Below, piece by piece: positions 51,587 to 64,000 of a stretch of 64,000 nt of DNA. Positions within the stretch are counted from its first letter, which is position 1; each line of letters begins with the position of its first letter. The position numbers and the translations under genes were made by a program. Source of the DNA: Phyllobates terribilis (taxonomy: Eukaryota); assembly GCF_046119375.1 (NCBI RefSeq), contig NW_027362767.1:415710001-415774000 (forward strand). Direction: 5' to 3'. The notes beneath the pieces were generated by a model. It searched no databases, was not told where the DNA came from, and saw only the letters and a list, made by a program, of their open reading frames with translations.

Positions 51587-54500
51587 CCTGTGAGCGCTAA
51601 TTTCTTTTCCCACCATCCCTTTTTTTTAATTTCTCTGTATTGTGAGAGCTGCGGCCCCGTTCTTTTCCCCCCTGGGCTGCAGCACATTGCACATTACAAC
51701 CGGTTTTATGCATCATTCAAGGCATTATTCTATCAGATCCGTCTACAATAGGGACATTATCGTACCCCATTCCCTTCATTATTTAACCCGTTTTCCTGGT
51801 CTGAGTCCAGGTCACTTTTTTTTTTTTTTTTTTTATTTATTTTTTTTATTATTCAAACGACCATAACGAACCCAATCGGACACATCAGCACCACTCTTTG
51901 CTAGATAAAGACTGGTAGAAAACACAGAAATATTTATATATCTTACCAATCATTAAAGAGGTTCTTGATGTTAAAGAGGGTCTGCGTTCCCCGGCTGTAG
52001 TTTATTTTTATTTTTTTTAATCAAACAATCTGTGCTTTACTCCCTATCCCCAGGTCTAGCGATGAGTCTCCACCACTGCTCCTGGTGTCTATTATTTGTC
52101 TGCAGTGCTGATGTTACATTTTAAAGCACTGCAGACAATCGCTGAGCTCAGCAGCTCTGCAAGAATTGACGGCACAATCCGCTCAGAGTTGCTGAGCTCA
52201 CTGATTGGCTGCAGCGCTGTCAACATGGTGTCGCCGCTGCAAGCCATAACGGGCACCAGTAGCAGCAGTGGAGACTCAGCGATGGACCCAGGGGGAGGGG
52301 TGAATAAAGCACAGTTTGTTTTTTTTTCTTCAAACTGGAGCCGGGGGACTGGGGTTTCCGGAAATGGAAGACCCCTTTTTAAATCTAAGCTGATTCACCC
52401 TATGGTGAACGTGTGATGCTTTGTACAGGACTGGACACGAGGGGGCGCTGTGTATAAAAGCCGGCAAAAGTAAAATGTCTGTCGCTATCCGTTCACCAGA
52501 GAGCTTGATTCTGGGTTGTTGCTTAGAAAGTCTTAGAAACGCAACATTTATTGGATATGTGCACACAGGAGTCTTTTTGATGAGTTTTCAGAGCAGAAAC
52601 TCCCAAGCATTTGGAGAGTTTCCACTCACTTTTCACTTGATTTCAGCTCCAAAAACTCAGTGCGCATATTGCCATTAAAAGACACAGGCCACTTAAGGAA
52701 TTTCTCTCCTTTTATAGCAAATCTTTACTTGCTAAAATTGAAGATCATTTTTCCACTATAATTTACACTGTAGGTGGTCTTTCCCAAAAAGTGGAGTAAA
52801 AAGCTGCAAATTTTGCACAATAGAGACATGCTCCAAAATCTCCCACTTTTTTTCTGCAAGAAAACTGGAACAAGTCAATTATTGTCTCCCCATATTAGTT
52901 TAAAAAAATATATAATAATTATGAGGCCCAATAGCTCATCCAGGAGCCATTTTGCCCCATATAGAAGATATCTGGACTTTGTCAGTCTGCAGAGTCAGAT
53001 AGGCAGCAGACTTTTCTGCTGTGGATTTGCATACAGAAAATCTACGTATTAAAGTAGCAGCAAAGTGAATGATATTTTAAGGAATCTGCTCTGCAAATTG
53101 GTCGGTGCCACATATAATAATAATAATTATTCATTATTATGCTGGGGTTAGAGGTGGTCGTTAAACTATTAATCAGTCCTTTAATGGTCTATTTTAGACA
53201 ATGCGATCATATTATATCATTGTTCTCGGCAGCACGTCTTCTCTTTACATAGGACGATGTTCTGCCGGCTAAAAATCATCGCACCGGACGAACAAGTATT
53301 CGTTGGGGTGATTGACAGCCTGATAGTCAGGAAGGAGCATTAATAAGAACACCCAGATAAAACCAGCATTAGTTAATTTTTGTACAATTTTTCACAAGGA
53401 AATTCTCACATTTTTGTGCGTATTTATCACCGAGGAAAAGATCAAGGTTTTAACCCTACTAGTAAATTTTATAAGGAGGGGTCTAATGCAAGGAATTAAA
53501 ATATAATTTCATTCCTCACTTCTGCGGTGGCCAAAAACAGGGTTATATAAATTAAGGGAAATATCTGCAAGAGCCAAGGAAAGAGCGGATCGCGTGATCT
53601 GTAAGGGTAGCTGTTGGTTTTTGTGGGTTAATGGTCATACTCGGTCCCGGAAAGTGTCCAGTCCTGAACCATATACACTAGGACTCTCACAAAGCTATAA
53701 ATGACTGATGATTTTTATTATTTTTTTTAATTCCCCCCCACCCTCCAAATAAGTTATAATGTGAAATATTTTATTTAAAGGGTCATTCCCAATACAGTAA
53801 GTTCACCACTAGCTTTGGGATTCCCAGCGATCCTGGAACATGGCTCTGCAGCCCCGTCCTGAATGGAGCAGTGGAGATGCCCATGCTCGGAGCAGTGGAG
53901 TTGCTCATGCTCGACCTTTTCTGCATTCATTGTCTATGGGACTGTCGGAGGAAGCGGAGTACAGCACTCTGCTACTCGTCATAGTACCATAGTCAACCGA
54001 GCAGAGTTCCAGAGTCCTGATTGTCGGGATCGCAGAATAATGGTCCCAGCGATCAGTAAGTTAGTTCCTATCTTGGGACTAACCCTTTAATTTATAGCAC
54101 ATGGGACACATGATAAAAAAAAAATTAATAAAGTGAAGCGCCCTCCTCATGGCTGCTTTGCATGGGAACATGAGAATATTTTGTGAGCAGTTCAGATATC
54201 CTCCATATAACAATTGCATAATAAAATCTTTAGCGTAGATTTCCACAATCCGTTTGGATTTGCTGCCGATTTTATTCAGGTAATTTTGAAGCAAATCTGC
54301 TTCAAAGTCCATATTGTTTTGTCTGAGGTGTAAAATTATGTCAAGTGTGAATCCAAACCAATTTACATTCCCTGCCATAGAGTTCACTAATAGTAAGTAT
54401 TCCGGCTGCCTGCAGCCACCACTAGGGGGGGCTCACTATATACTCAGCTATTTTTTTGCCAGATTCCAACAGATTTTGCACAACTATTGGTAATTTTTTC

Positions 54501-56124
54501 TCAAATTTTACACCACTCTTGACAGTTTCTTGGAAAATGGGCTGGGCTTAGTATGGGGAGAATGGAAATTTTATTAGTGTGTTCCTCCATTGATTTCAAG
54601 GGTAGCGCTATGAATTTATCTAATATAAATTCCTCCTAGTGTTAGCTGCAAATAGAATGACTCCGTGGCTGTGTTCACACAACCGTACCCGTAGTACACA
54701 ATTTTTTTGATTACAATCCACGTTACAGACGCAATTCCCAGCCCAATCACTGGACTCTTGACCTAAACTAAACAGTTGGTTGAATAATGTTTTTTTTAAT
54801 TTGCCCCTATTTGTGCTGGATTCAAGGGATTTTAGTGTTTTATTTAACAAAAAAAAAAATGAAATTACCTGATGAGGAACCACAATTTGTTAATGTTTCC
54901 TTAGCTGGCTGGAGAAGCATATCAGCAGGCTCTATGGTACAGAGAGCTATGGGGGCAGCAGGGTATCGTCTACTTCCTCGGGTGATTGTACTTTTGTATT
55001 ATTTTTGCACTTTTTATAGTAATTTTTCTCGTGTATTCGCAAGTATTAAAAAGGTTGTCAACCTTTTGGGTCAGTGTTGTTATTACCTAAAGGGGTGTTC
55101 TCATGTTATTAAATTGCTTTAGTTAGTTAGGACAGCTTAAAAATAATCAAGTCCGCAATTGACCTACTGCTGTGAGCGCTTTTATCTTGCATAGTGTACA
55201 GCTGGATTCTAAGGAGCTTGGCCACCAGAACCTGCCAGAGTGTACACAGTAGTTGCACTCCAGCCGAGGAGATAGCTGACTGGGATGTTAGGAATTCTCT
55301 CCAGCCCATTGATTTCTGTACAGCAGTTAGCTGCTCAACTCCCTCCTTCTCTACTCCTCAGTCCTCTAAAATCATTGGCATCAGAAGTTTCCAGAGCAGA
55401 TCACCTAATCATGGCTCTCACTGTCCAGATCTGTGTGTTTGTTCAAAGACCCTGTTATTTCTATCTGTATATACAGTGATAATAATGCAAATTTAAGAAC
55501 ACACACTGATAGATCATTAATATGTAGTAGCGTAATAAAATTCCTGACCAGAATGAGCTGCTCAAGAGACAACTTGATAATACAGTAACATGGAGCAGCA
55601 GTGCATATGATCCCAATGGTCAGGACGTTAACCTCTATCATTGGGGAATAACTTACAATCCTGAGAATATCCCTTTAAGGAGAGCGCACTGGCACAGCGG
55701 ACATTTGGTGTGCGGCAGAAATTGTACAGAAGAAATCTACATATTCAGGATTTTGTGTCCCCCACCCCCCAACTTTTCCCTTTGTTTCGTTCAGTGGTAT
55801 TAAATGTTTGTAACTCCCTCTCAAATTTAATATATGTTCCATATTTTGGGTGGGCTGTTCCCTTCCTATGAATTGCAATAAACAAAGCACTATTTACTAA
55901 AAATTTGCCTGTCTCGTGTTTCACATGTTTCCTTCATGTGTATTATTTAGTTGGATGACACTAAGGTATGCCAGTGTGAAGTCTCATAAACTCTTTAAAG
56001 AATTGCTCCAATCAAAATGTAAAAAAAAAAAATTAAATATATTACATGGTGCAGCGCCACTTTTTTCCATTACTTTTTATTAGAAGGTACTCCGTAAAAA
56101 ATACTGTGGGAGTTTGTCATTTTA

Positions 56125-57644
56125 CAGTGGGGGGAAAAAGTATTTAGTCAGTCACCAATTGTGCAAGTTCTCCCACTTATAAAGATGAGGTCGGCCTGTA
56201 ATTGACATCATAGGTCGACCTCAACTATGAGAGACAAAATGAGAAAACAAATCCTGAAAATCACATTGTCTGATTTGGAAAGAATTTTTTTTCAATTTTT
56301 GGTGGAAAATAAGTATTTGGTCAATTACAAAAGTTCATCTCAATACTTTGTTATATATCCTTTGTTGGCAATGACAGAGGTCAAACGTTTTCTGTAAGTC
56401 TTCACAAGGTTGGCACACAATGTTGCTGGTATGTTGGCCCATTCCTCCGTGCAGATCTCCTCTAGAGCAGTGATGTTTTGGGGCTGTTGCTGGCAACACA
56501 GACTTTCAACTCCCTCCAAGGGTTTTCTATAGGGTTTAGATCTGGAGACTGGCTAGGCCACTCCAGGACCTTGAAATGATTCTTACGAAGCCACTCCTTC
56601 GATGCCCTGGCGGTGTGCTTGGGATCATTGTTATGCTGAAAGACCCAGCCACGTTTCATCTTCAAAATCTCACGATACATGGCCCCATTCATTCTTTCAT
56701 GTACATGGATCAGTCGTCCTGGTCCCTTGGCAGAGAAACAGCCCCAAAGCATGATGTTGCCACCCCCATGCTTCATAGTAGGTATGGTGTTCTTTGGATG
56801 CAACTCAGCATTCTTTCTCCTCCAAACACGCTGAGTTGTGTTTCTACCAAACACTTCTACTTTGGTTTCATCTGACCATATGACCTTCTCCCAATACTCT
56901 TCTGGATCATCCAAATGCTCTCTAGCAAACTTCAGACGGGCCCGGACATGCAATGGCTTAAGCAGGGGGACACGTCTGGCACTGCAGGATTTGAGTCCCT
57001 GGCGATGTAGTGTGTTACTGATGGTAGCCTGTGTAACGTTGGTCCCAGCTCTCTGCAGGTCATTCACTAGGTCCCCCCGTGTGGTTCTGGGATTTTTGCT
57101 CACCGTTCTTGAGATCATTTTGACCCTACGGGGTGAGATCTTGTGTGGAGCCCCAGATCGAGGGAGATTATCAGTGGTCTGGTATGTCTTCCATTTTCTA
57201 ATTATTGCTCCCACAGTTGATTTCTTCACACCAAGCTGCTTGCCTATTGCAGATTCAGTCTTCCCAGCCTGGTGCAGGGCTACAATTTTGTTTCTGGTGT
57301 CCTTCGACAGCTCTTTGGTCTTCTCCATGGTGGAGTTTGGAGTGTGACTTTTTGAGGTTGCGGACAGGTGTCTTTTATATTGATAACAAGTTCAAACAGG
57401 TGCCAGTACTACAGGTAATGAGTGGAGGACAGAGGAGCCGCTTAAAGAAGAAGTTACAGGTCTGTGAGAGACAGAAATCTTGCTTGTTTGTAATTGACCA
57501 AATACTTATTTTCCACCAAAATGTGAAAAAAATTTTTTCCAAATCAGACAATGTGATTTTCAGGATTTATTTTCTCATTTTGTCTCTCATAGTTGAGGTC
57601 GACCTATGATGTCAATTACAGGCCGCTCTCATCTTTTTAAGTGG
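56125..57644 (-). mobile_element. Tc1 element with a 288-aa defective transposase
   Basis: ORF 56462-57328 has the HTH, WSDETK and SPDLNPIE motifs, but the second catalytic Asp reads QHNND and there is a short deletion. The right TIR is truncated. Confidence 0.88.
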
Positions 57645-57794
57645 AATGGAATATTTGCTAAAAAGAACCGCAATTCCCTTCAAGAAGTAAGTGTTATGTG
57701 AAGGTCTAAGCTGTCTGAAGTAGCGCTAGTGTGAGGCAGTATTGTACTAATTAGGTAAACTCGTTCAACGTTATCTATTAGGCCAGTGGTTTAA

Positions 57795-59068
57795 CCCCTT
57801 TCCAACCCTTGCCGTATTAGTACGCACATTTGCGTACCCCCGGTTCAGTGAGGGCTGCTGCGCTGAGCCCTCACTGAACCGAGCACATGTCAGCTGATTC
57901 TTACAGCTGACATGTGCCCGCAACAGCCGCGGGTGGAATCGCGATCCACCCGCGGCTGTTAACATGTTAAATGCCGCTGTCAATCTCCGACCGGCATTTA
58001 ACGCGTGCTTCCGGGTTGCGCGTCATAAGCCCCGCCCATCGGCGACCCCATCACGTGATCGCGGGTCACCGATGGGTGGGCATGAAAACCCAGGGTCTGC
58101 AGCAGACGCCTGTGGTTGTCATGATCTCGTCGCTATGAGCGCCACCTAGTGGTCGGCGCTCATAGCACAGGACCATTTCTGCTATATGCAGGGGATCTGC
58201 TGATCCCATGTATGTAGCAGAGACGATCAGACAACTGCTGCTTCTATAGTCTCCTATGGAGACTATAGAAGCATGCAGTAAGTGAAAAAAAAATGTTTTT
58301 AAAAATATAAAAAAATATAAAAGTTTAAATCACCCCCCTTTCGCCCCATTCAAAATAAAATATAAGAAAAAAAAACCTACATACAGATATTTGGTATCGC
58401 CGCGTTCAGAATCGCCCCATCTATCAATATAAAAAAAGAATTAATACAATCAGTAAACGGCGTAACGAGAAAAAAATTCTAAACGCCAGAATTACGTTTT
58501 TTGGTCGCTACAAAATTGCAATAAAATGCAATAACGGGCGATCAAAACATTGGATCTACCCCAAAATGTTATCAATAAAAACGTCAGCCCAGCGCGCAAA
58601 AAATAAGCCATCACCTGGCCACAGATCACGAAAAATGGAGACGCTACAGGTCTCGGAAAATGGCGCTATTTTTTTTTAGTTTTTTTTTAACAAATTTTGG
58701 AATTTTTTTTCACCACTTAAATATAAAATAACCTATACATGTTTGGTGTCTACGAACTCGTAATGACCTGGAGAATAAAGAATGGCAGGTCAGTTTTAGC
58801 ATTCAGTGAACGTGGTAAAAAAAAATAAATAAAAAACAACTGTGGTATTGCACTTTTTTTGCAATTTTACTGCACTTGGAATTTTTTTCCCGTTTTCCCG
58901 TACACGATATGGTAAAACTCGTAATGGCGTTGAAAAGTACAACTTGTCCCGCAAAAAATAAGCCCTCACACGGCCATATTGTCCAAAAAACAAAGACTCT
59001 ATGGCTCTGGGAACAAGGGGAGCAAAAAACGAAAAAGCAAAAACGACAAAACCCAAGGTTGCGAAGGG
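57795..59068. mobile_element. Non-autonomous TTAA/CCC (piggyBac-like) element
   Basis: TTAA/CCCCTT...AAGGGG/TTAA termini; no transposase. Confidence 0.75.
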
Positions 59069-59631
59069 GTTAATAACCTTTGGGAAGTGACAACTCTCTA
59101 TTCTTAAATGGATTTTCTGGGATCAACAAAAATTATTAGGCTCAAGTGAACAAAAAAAGGATCCAATATGCTGTGACTGCCTGCAGCGGTCACAAGTGTA
59201 GAAAACAGACCAGAATATTAAACATAGATCTTTTATGTGAAATTAGCAGGTGGGTACCTGATAATTTACTTTAAAAGATCTATGTTTACTACGCTGGTGT
59301 ATGTTTTCTACACTTGTGACCGCTGCAGGCAATCACTGATCTCCGAGGTCTCTTGTCATACACTGCTGAGGCAAATGATAAACTGCAAGGTCACATGGGT
59401 AGATGGCACCTAACAGCTACAGGGAATTAAATAGAGTTGCGCTGGAGCTGCAGGAGATGTATTGACTAAATATCGCTTTTTTTTATATTTTAGGCTATTT
59501 CCTCGTTTTTGCTGATCCCAATGAAAACCTATGAAGGACAGGTTCAGACAGGCATATTTTGCAATTCTTGTATAGACCGCTGTACCCGGACTGACCGGGT
59601 GTCTCCCAACCAGAACTTACAACCTTATATA

Positions 59632-61242
59632 CAGTACAGACCAAAAGTTTGGACACACCTTCTCATTTAAAGATTTTTCTGTATTTTCATGACTAAGAAA
59701 ATTGTACATTCACACGGAAGGCATCAAAACTATGAATTAACACATGTGGAATTATATACTTAACAAAAAAGCGTGAAACAACTGAAAATATGTCTTATAT
59801 TCTAGGTTCTTCAAAGTAGCCACCTTTTGCTTTGGTGACTGCTTTGCACACTCTTGGCATTCTCTTGATGAGCTTCTAGAGGGAGTCACCGGAAATGGTC
59901 TTCCAACAATCTTGAAGGAGTTCCCAGAGATGCTTAGCACTTGTTGGCCCTTTTGCCTTCACTCTGCGCTCCAGCTCACCCCAAACCATCTCGATTGGGT
60001 TCAGGTCTGGTGACTGTGGAGGCCAGGTCATCTGGCGTAGCACCCCATCACTCTCTTTCTTGGTCAAATAGCCCTTACACAGCCTGGAGGTGTGTTTGGG
60101 GTCATTGTCCGGTTGAAAAATAAATGATGGTCCAACTAAACGCAAACTGGATGGAATAGCATGCCACTGCAAGATGCTTTGGTAGCCATGCTGGTTCAGC
60201 ATGCCTTCAATTTTGAATAAATCCCAACAGTGTCACCAGCAAACCACCCCACACCATCACACCTCCTCCTCCATGCTTCACGGTGGGAACCAGGCATGTA
60301 GAGTCCATCTGTTCACCTTTTCTGCGTCCCACAAAGACACGGTGGTTGGAACCAAAGATCTCAAATTTGGACTCATCAGACAAAAGTACAGATTTCCACT
60401 GGTCTGATGTCCATTCCTTGTGTTCTTTAGCCCAAACAAGTCTCTTCTGCTTGTTGCCTGTCCTTAGCAGTGGTTTCCTAGTAGCTATTTTACCATGAAG
60501 GTCTGCTGCACAAAGTCTCCTCTTAACAGTTGTTGAAGAGATGTGTCTGCTGCTAAAACTCTGTGTGGCATTGACCTGGTCTCTAATCTGAGCTGCTGTT
60601 AACCTGCGATTTCTGAGGCTGGTGATTCGGATAAACTTATCCTCAGAAGCAGAGGTGACTCTTGGTCTTCCTTTCCTGGGGCGATCCTCATGTGAGCCAG
60701 TTTCTTTGTAGCGCTTGATGGTTTTTGCAACTGCACTTGGGGACACTCTCAAAGTTTTCCTAATTTTTCAGACTGACTGACCTTCATTTCTTAAAGTAAT
60801 GATGGCCACTCGTTTTTCTTAACTTAGCTGCTTTTTTCTTGCCATAATACAAATTCTAACAGTCAATTCAGTAGGACTATCAGCTGTGTATCCACCAGAC
60901 TTCTGCACAACCCCATTTATAAGGCAAGAAATCCCACTTATTAAACCTGACAGGGCACACCTGTGAAGTGAAAACCATTTCCGGTGACTACCTCTTGAAG
61001 CTCATCAAGAGAATGACAAGTGTGTGCAAATCAGTCATCAAAGCAAAAGGTGGCTATTTTGAAGAACCTAGAATATAAGACATATTTTCAGTTGCTTCAC
61101 ACTTTTTTTGTTAAGTATATAATTCCACATGTGTTAATTCATAGTTTTGATGCCTTCAGTGTGAATGTACAATTTTCATAGTCAAGAAAATACAGAAAAA
61201 TATTTAAATGAGAAGGTGTGTCCAAACTTTTGGTCTGTACTG
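59632..61242 (-). mobile_element. Full-length Tc1 element, same family as 10647-12014; transposase broken by stops and frameshifts
   Basis: Same long TA-flanked TIRs; ORF pieces 60207-60752 (LSDESKF) and 59876-60202 ([16 protein letters not shown]). Confidence 0.9.
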
Positions 61243-61474
61243 TATGCCTATTAGTTTGTGAGTTTGGGGTCAGTCCGTAAACAAATCGTGAAATACGCCC
61301 GTGTAAAACAGACCTAACAGTCGGCTGACTTTTTTTAAAATATTTTTTTCTCTCTGTTTACAGCTCAGTGTCGCCCCCTACTGAGCTGCAAAGAAGAACC
61401 TTCCCTGCAATCAGATGACCTTTGCATTTTTATCCTCAAGTACACTTAGAAAAAAATCACAGAATCTTTTCCAC

Positions 61475-61480
61475 TTTATT
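61475..61480 (-). terminator. Candidate poly(A) signal of the NPDC1-like gene
   Basis: AATAAA on - about 400 nt after the stop codon. Confidence 0.45.
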
Positions 61481-61880
61481 GACTGTACCTTGTAAATATT
61501 CATTTTATAAGACTGGTCGCTCCTTACTAGTGTTGAGCGAATTTGTTCGGCATGTCAAATTCGGGTTTGCGTTCGGGGTTCTGGCTTGTTCGCGCCTAAA
61601 AATCGGCTCTGCCCATGAACATCTCTGATTTGCCATGCTGTCACGCAGATAACATCAGATAACATCAGAATAAGATCATTAGAGAAGATGTTGATTGAAG
61701 GTATATTTAACCAATTCAAGCAGTGACTGAGGAGAAGCTGTCAGAATGGTCAGGGCCGGGGGAATGGAAATAACTACATGTTCACTATACTGATAGTTTA
61801 ATGCACAGAATTGGGGAACGCTTGCTGATACACTTTATAAATGCTGCCTGTAAGATATATGATGTCCATATTTCACGTTC

Positions 61881-61937
61881 TCACTGCTTGGTCCGTGATG
61901 GGTCAAACAGAGGATTGTGGACCTCCATCTCTCCTGT
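61881..61937 (-). CDS. NPDC1L: NPDC1-like last coding exon
   Basis: TGEMEVHNPLFDPSRTKQ*. Confidence 0.92.
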   Translation of the reverse strand, partial: TGEMEVHNPLFDPSRTKQ

Positions 61938-63604
61938 CTATAAACAGAAAAAAGGGGACACGTTTGATTAGTACTTGCTTTAGAGAAGTATTTATTAGAG
62001 GGGGACTTCCGTGGCTTTACGCACCGGGGCAAGTCCAGGACACTCGTAGATGGCAAATTCCTCCACCTCTGCCTCCGAGTCGGTGGACAGTTGTTGGCAG
62101 GGCTTCTTTTCTGAGCTTCTGGGAGTAATGGGAATTATTAGATTGGAAGACAAGGAATCACAATTGGGTGGACACCATGCTGGTGACTGACGCTCATTCA
62201 CGCTCTGCTCCTTACCTCTCCTGTGCCTGGAAGTGCTTCTTCTGAGCACTATAATGTTGCTTATAATGAGACATCTGATCTGGTGACTGTAGGGAAGGAA
62301 AAAATAAAAATGATAGGATTTATAAACCATTGTATGTAGCAATGTCCAAGCTCGCAAAGGCTCACAAGAAGTACCTACAATTGATCTAGAACTAACTGTA
62401 AAGTGAATCTGTCAGCAGATTTTTACAATGTAATCTGACAGCAGCATGGTGTAGGGGCAGAGATCCTGATTCCAGCTAGGTATCATTTAGTTTACTCAGT
62501 ACAGAAGTTGTGATACAATCACAGTTTTCTCTGCTGTAGATTTAGCAGTGCTCAGAATGCTGAGCCCTGTATAACCCAGCCCACGTCACTGATTGGCAGC
62601 TATCTGTGCATAACTCCGCCTACATCACTGATTAGCAGCTTTCTTGTATAATCCCACCCACATCACTGATTGGCAGCTTTCTGTGTATAACTCCGCCCAC
62701 ATCACTGATTGGCGTCTTTCTGTGTATAACTCCGCCCACATCACTGATTGGCAGCTTTCTTGTATAATCCCGCCCACATCACAGATTGGCAGCTTTCTAT
62801 GTATAACTCCGCCCACACCACTGATTGGCTGCTTTCTGTGTATATTGACAGAGAGCTGCCTATCAGTGGTGGGGGTGGGAATGGACCAGGAGACAGGAGA
62901 CACCTAGTCCTCTAAAACATCTGGTAACCCTCAACCCAACCCCCAATGATGAACCAACAAAAAAAAAGGTGAAAATGTAAAAAATAGACGTAAAATTAAA
63001 GAAGAATAATGCACAAATGAAAAACCCAAAAAAAGGTGTAAGTGCGATAATGAATCTGCCCTTTTGCATACAGTTTGGTGTGGACCATGTCTTACCCTTT
63101 GGCACGGGTGCTGTCTGCTGCCTTTGCAGGCTGTATACGCCATCTCTTGTGCCAGCCTGACTTCTTTTTGTAGCCTGAATAAACATGGAGAATACAGATT
63201 AATGGGCAAAATCCAGATATATTGAGGAATAACCTGCATAAAATCCATCATAATAACTAGAACTAGCCCTAGCTGTAAGATAACTGCTGAACGATCCGCC
63301 CTGATGCTTCCATGTCTGACCTTGTACAGATGAGAGATGGTATAATGCTATTAGTCCGGGTTTGTGGACTGATTGTTGGGTTATGATTTATAGCCATAAT
63401 ATGAATACTAAAATGGATAATGAGCCCTAATACTGCCGCCAGTCTTGTGCCACTTATCCGCATGGAAGTTGGCACTATATATATTTTTCTACCAGGTATC
63501 GGTGCTATTTTAGCATCAAGCTTTTTGCATTACGTACCTGTACCAACACATCGCCACAACAAGTATTCCAGATAACGCGGTCAGGCTGCAGATGACTATC
63601 AGAG
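61881..63604 (-). CDS. NPDC1L: NPDC1-like (NPDC1/CAB-1 family) single-pass membrane protein; last five coding exons, 5' part outside the window
   Basis: join(63604-63538,63174-63096,62286-62216,62118-62025,61937-61881), all GT-AG with compatible phases. Product: LIVICSLTALSGILVVAMCWYRLQKEVRLAQ...EFAIYECPGLAPTGEMEVHNPLFDPSRTKQ*. YECPGLAPTGEMEVxNPLFD is the NPDC1 family signature. The NPDC1L rather than NPDC1 label rests on synteny. Confidence 0.9.
62025..62118 (-). CDS. NPDC1L: NPDC1-like exon (acidic tract and YECPGLAP)
   Basis: SSEKKPCQQLSTDSEAEVEEFAIYECPGLAP; 94 nt. Confidence 0.92.
62216..62286 (-). CDS. NPDC1L: NPDC1-like exon
   Basis: SPDQMSHYKQHYSAQKKHFQAQE; strong acceptor, donor gtaagg; 71 nt. 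Confidence 0.85.
62569..62844. repeat. About 39-bp tandem array, 7 copies, inside an NPDC1-like intron
   Basis: Unit approximately ATAACTCCGCCCACATCACTGATTGGCAGCTTTCTGTGT. Confidence 0.85.
63096..63174 (-). CDS. NPDC1L: NPDC1-like juxtamembrane exon
   Basis: RLQKEVRLAQEMAYTACKGSRQHPCQR; donor gtaaga; 79 nt. Confidence 0.9.
63538..63604 (-). CDS. NPDC1L: NPDC1-like transmembrane exon
   Basis: LIVICSLTALSGILVVAMCWY; acceptor tttgtttcag, donor AG/gtacgt; 67 nt. Confidence 0.88.
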
Positions 63605-63624
63605 CTGAAACAAAACACAGTACA

Positions 63625-64000
63625 CACTGCTCAAAAAAATAAAGGGAACACTCAAATAACCCATCCTAGATCTGAATGAATGAAATATTCTCATTGAATA
63701 CTTTGTTCTGTACAAAGTTGAATGTGCTGACAACAAAATCACACAAAAAGCATCAATGGAAATCAAATTTATTAACCAGTGGAGGCCTGGATTTGGAGTC
63801 ACCCCCAAAATTAAAGTGGAAAAACACACTACAGGCTGATCCAACTTAGATGTAATGTCCTTAAAACAAGTCAATATGAGGCTCAGTATTGTGTGTGGCC
63901 TCCACGTGCCTGTATGACCTCCCTACAACCCCTGGGCATGCTCCTGATGAGGTTGCGGATGGTCTCCTGTGGGATCTCCTCCCAGACCTGGACTAAAGCA
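63625..64000 (-). mobile_element. Tc1 element end, running off the right edge
   Basis: TIR-like CACTGCTCAAAAAAATAAAGGGAACAC followed by antisense transposase C-terminal sequence from about 63870. Confidence 0.75.

Noticed and set aside
54079-54560. Protein-like minus-strand ORFs (FGFTLDIILHLRQNN..., FQETVKSGVK...)
   Set aside because: The nucleotide sequence resembles decayed frog MITE interiors, and the splice phases cannot be joined with plausible intron sizes.
54700-55330. Chain of three small phase-compatible minus-strand exons
   Set aside because: No recognisable homology, no start or terminal exon, and weak donors; it could easily arise by chance.
51600-61880. POU5F1 gene or remnant between TCF19 and the NPDC1-like gene
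   Set aside because: No POU or homeodomain motif appears in any ORF or by eye. The expected position is upstream of NPDC1L, outside the window.

Overview
Repeat-rich vertebrate genomic DNA, most likely from an anuran amphibian (inferred from the frog-type MITE, Tc1, DIRS and CR1 repertoire). It corresponds to part of the MHC region. From left to right, I assembled these genes by hand from splice sites and frame phases: (1) an intronless hsp70 (HSPA1-type) pseudogene on + (19983-22077) that keeps a CCAAT/HSE promoter; (2) a complete 17-coding-exon CCHCR1 on - (42839 to 23743, 761 aa) with one GC-AG intron; (3) a complete 3-coding-exon TCF19 on + (46177-51586, 361 aa), head-to-head with CCHCR1 across an E2F/CHR/CCAAT promoter; (4) the last five coding exons of an NPDC1-family gene on - (63604 to 61881), which continues past the right edge. 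The NPDC1-like gene is the most notable item. It sits tail-to-tail with TCF19, where mammals have POU5F1, which fits the NPDC1L paralogue from the POU5F1/POU5F3 duplication. The rest is nested mobile DNA: a SCAN-domain Gmr1-type Gypsy element, two DIRS elements (one with intact ITR/ICR), several Tc1 elements, L1 and CR1 fragments, solo LTRs, hAT/TTAA MITEs, Penelope-type ends with degenerate hammerhead motifs, and three minisatellites. No CRISPR, rRNA or tRNA gene was seen. All family assignments come from remembered protein motifs, not database searches.
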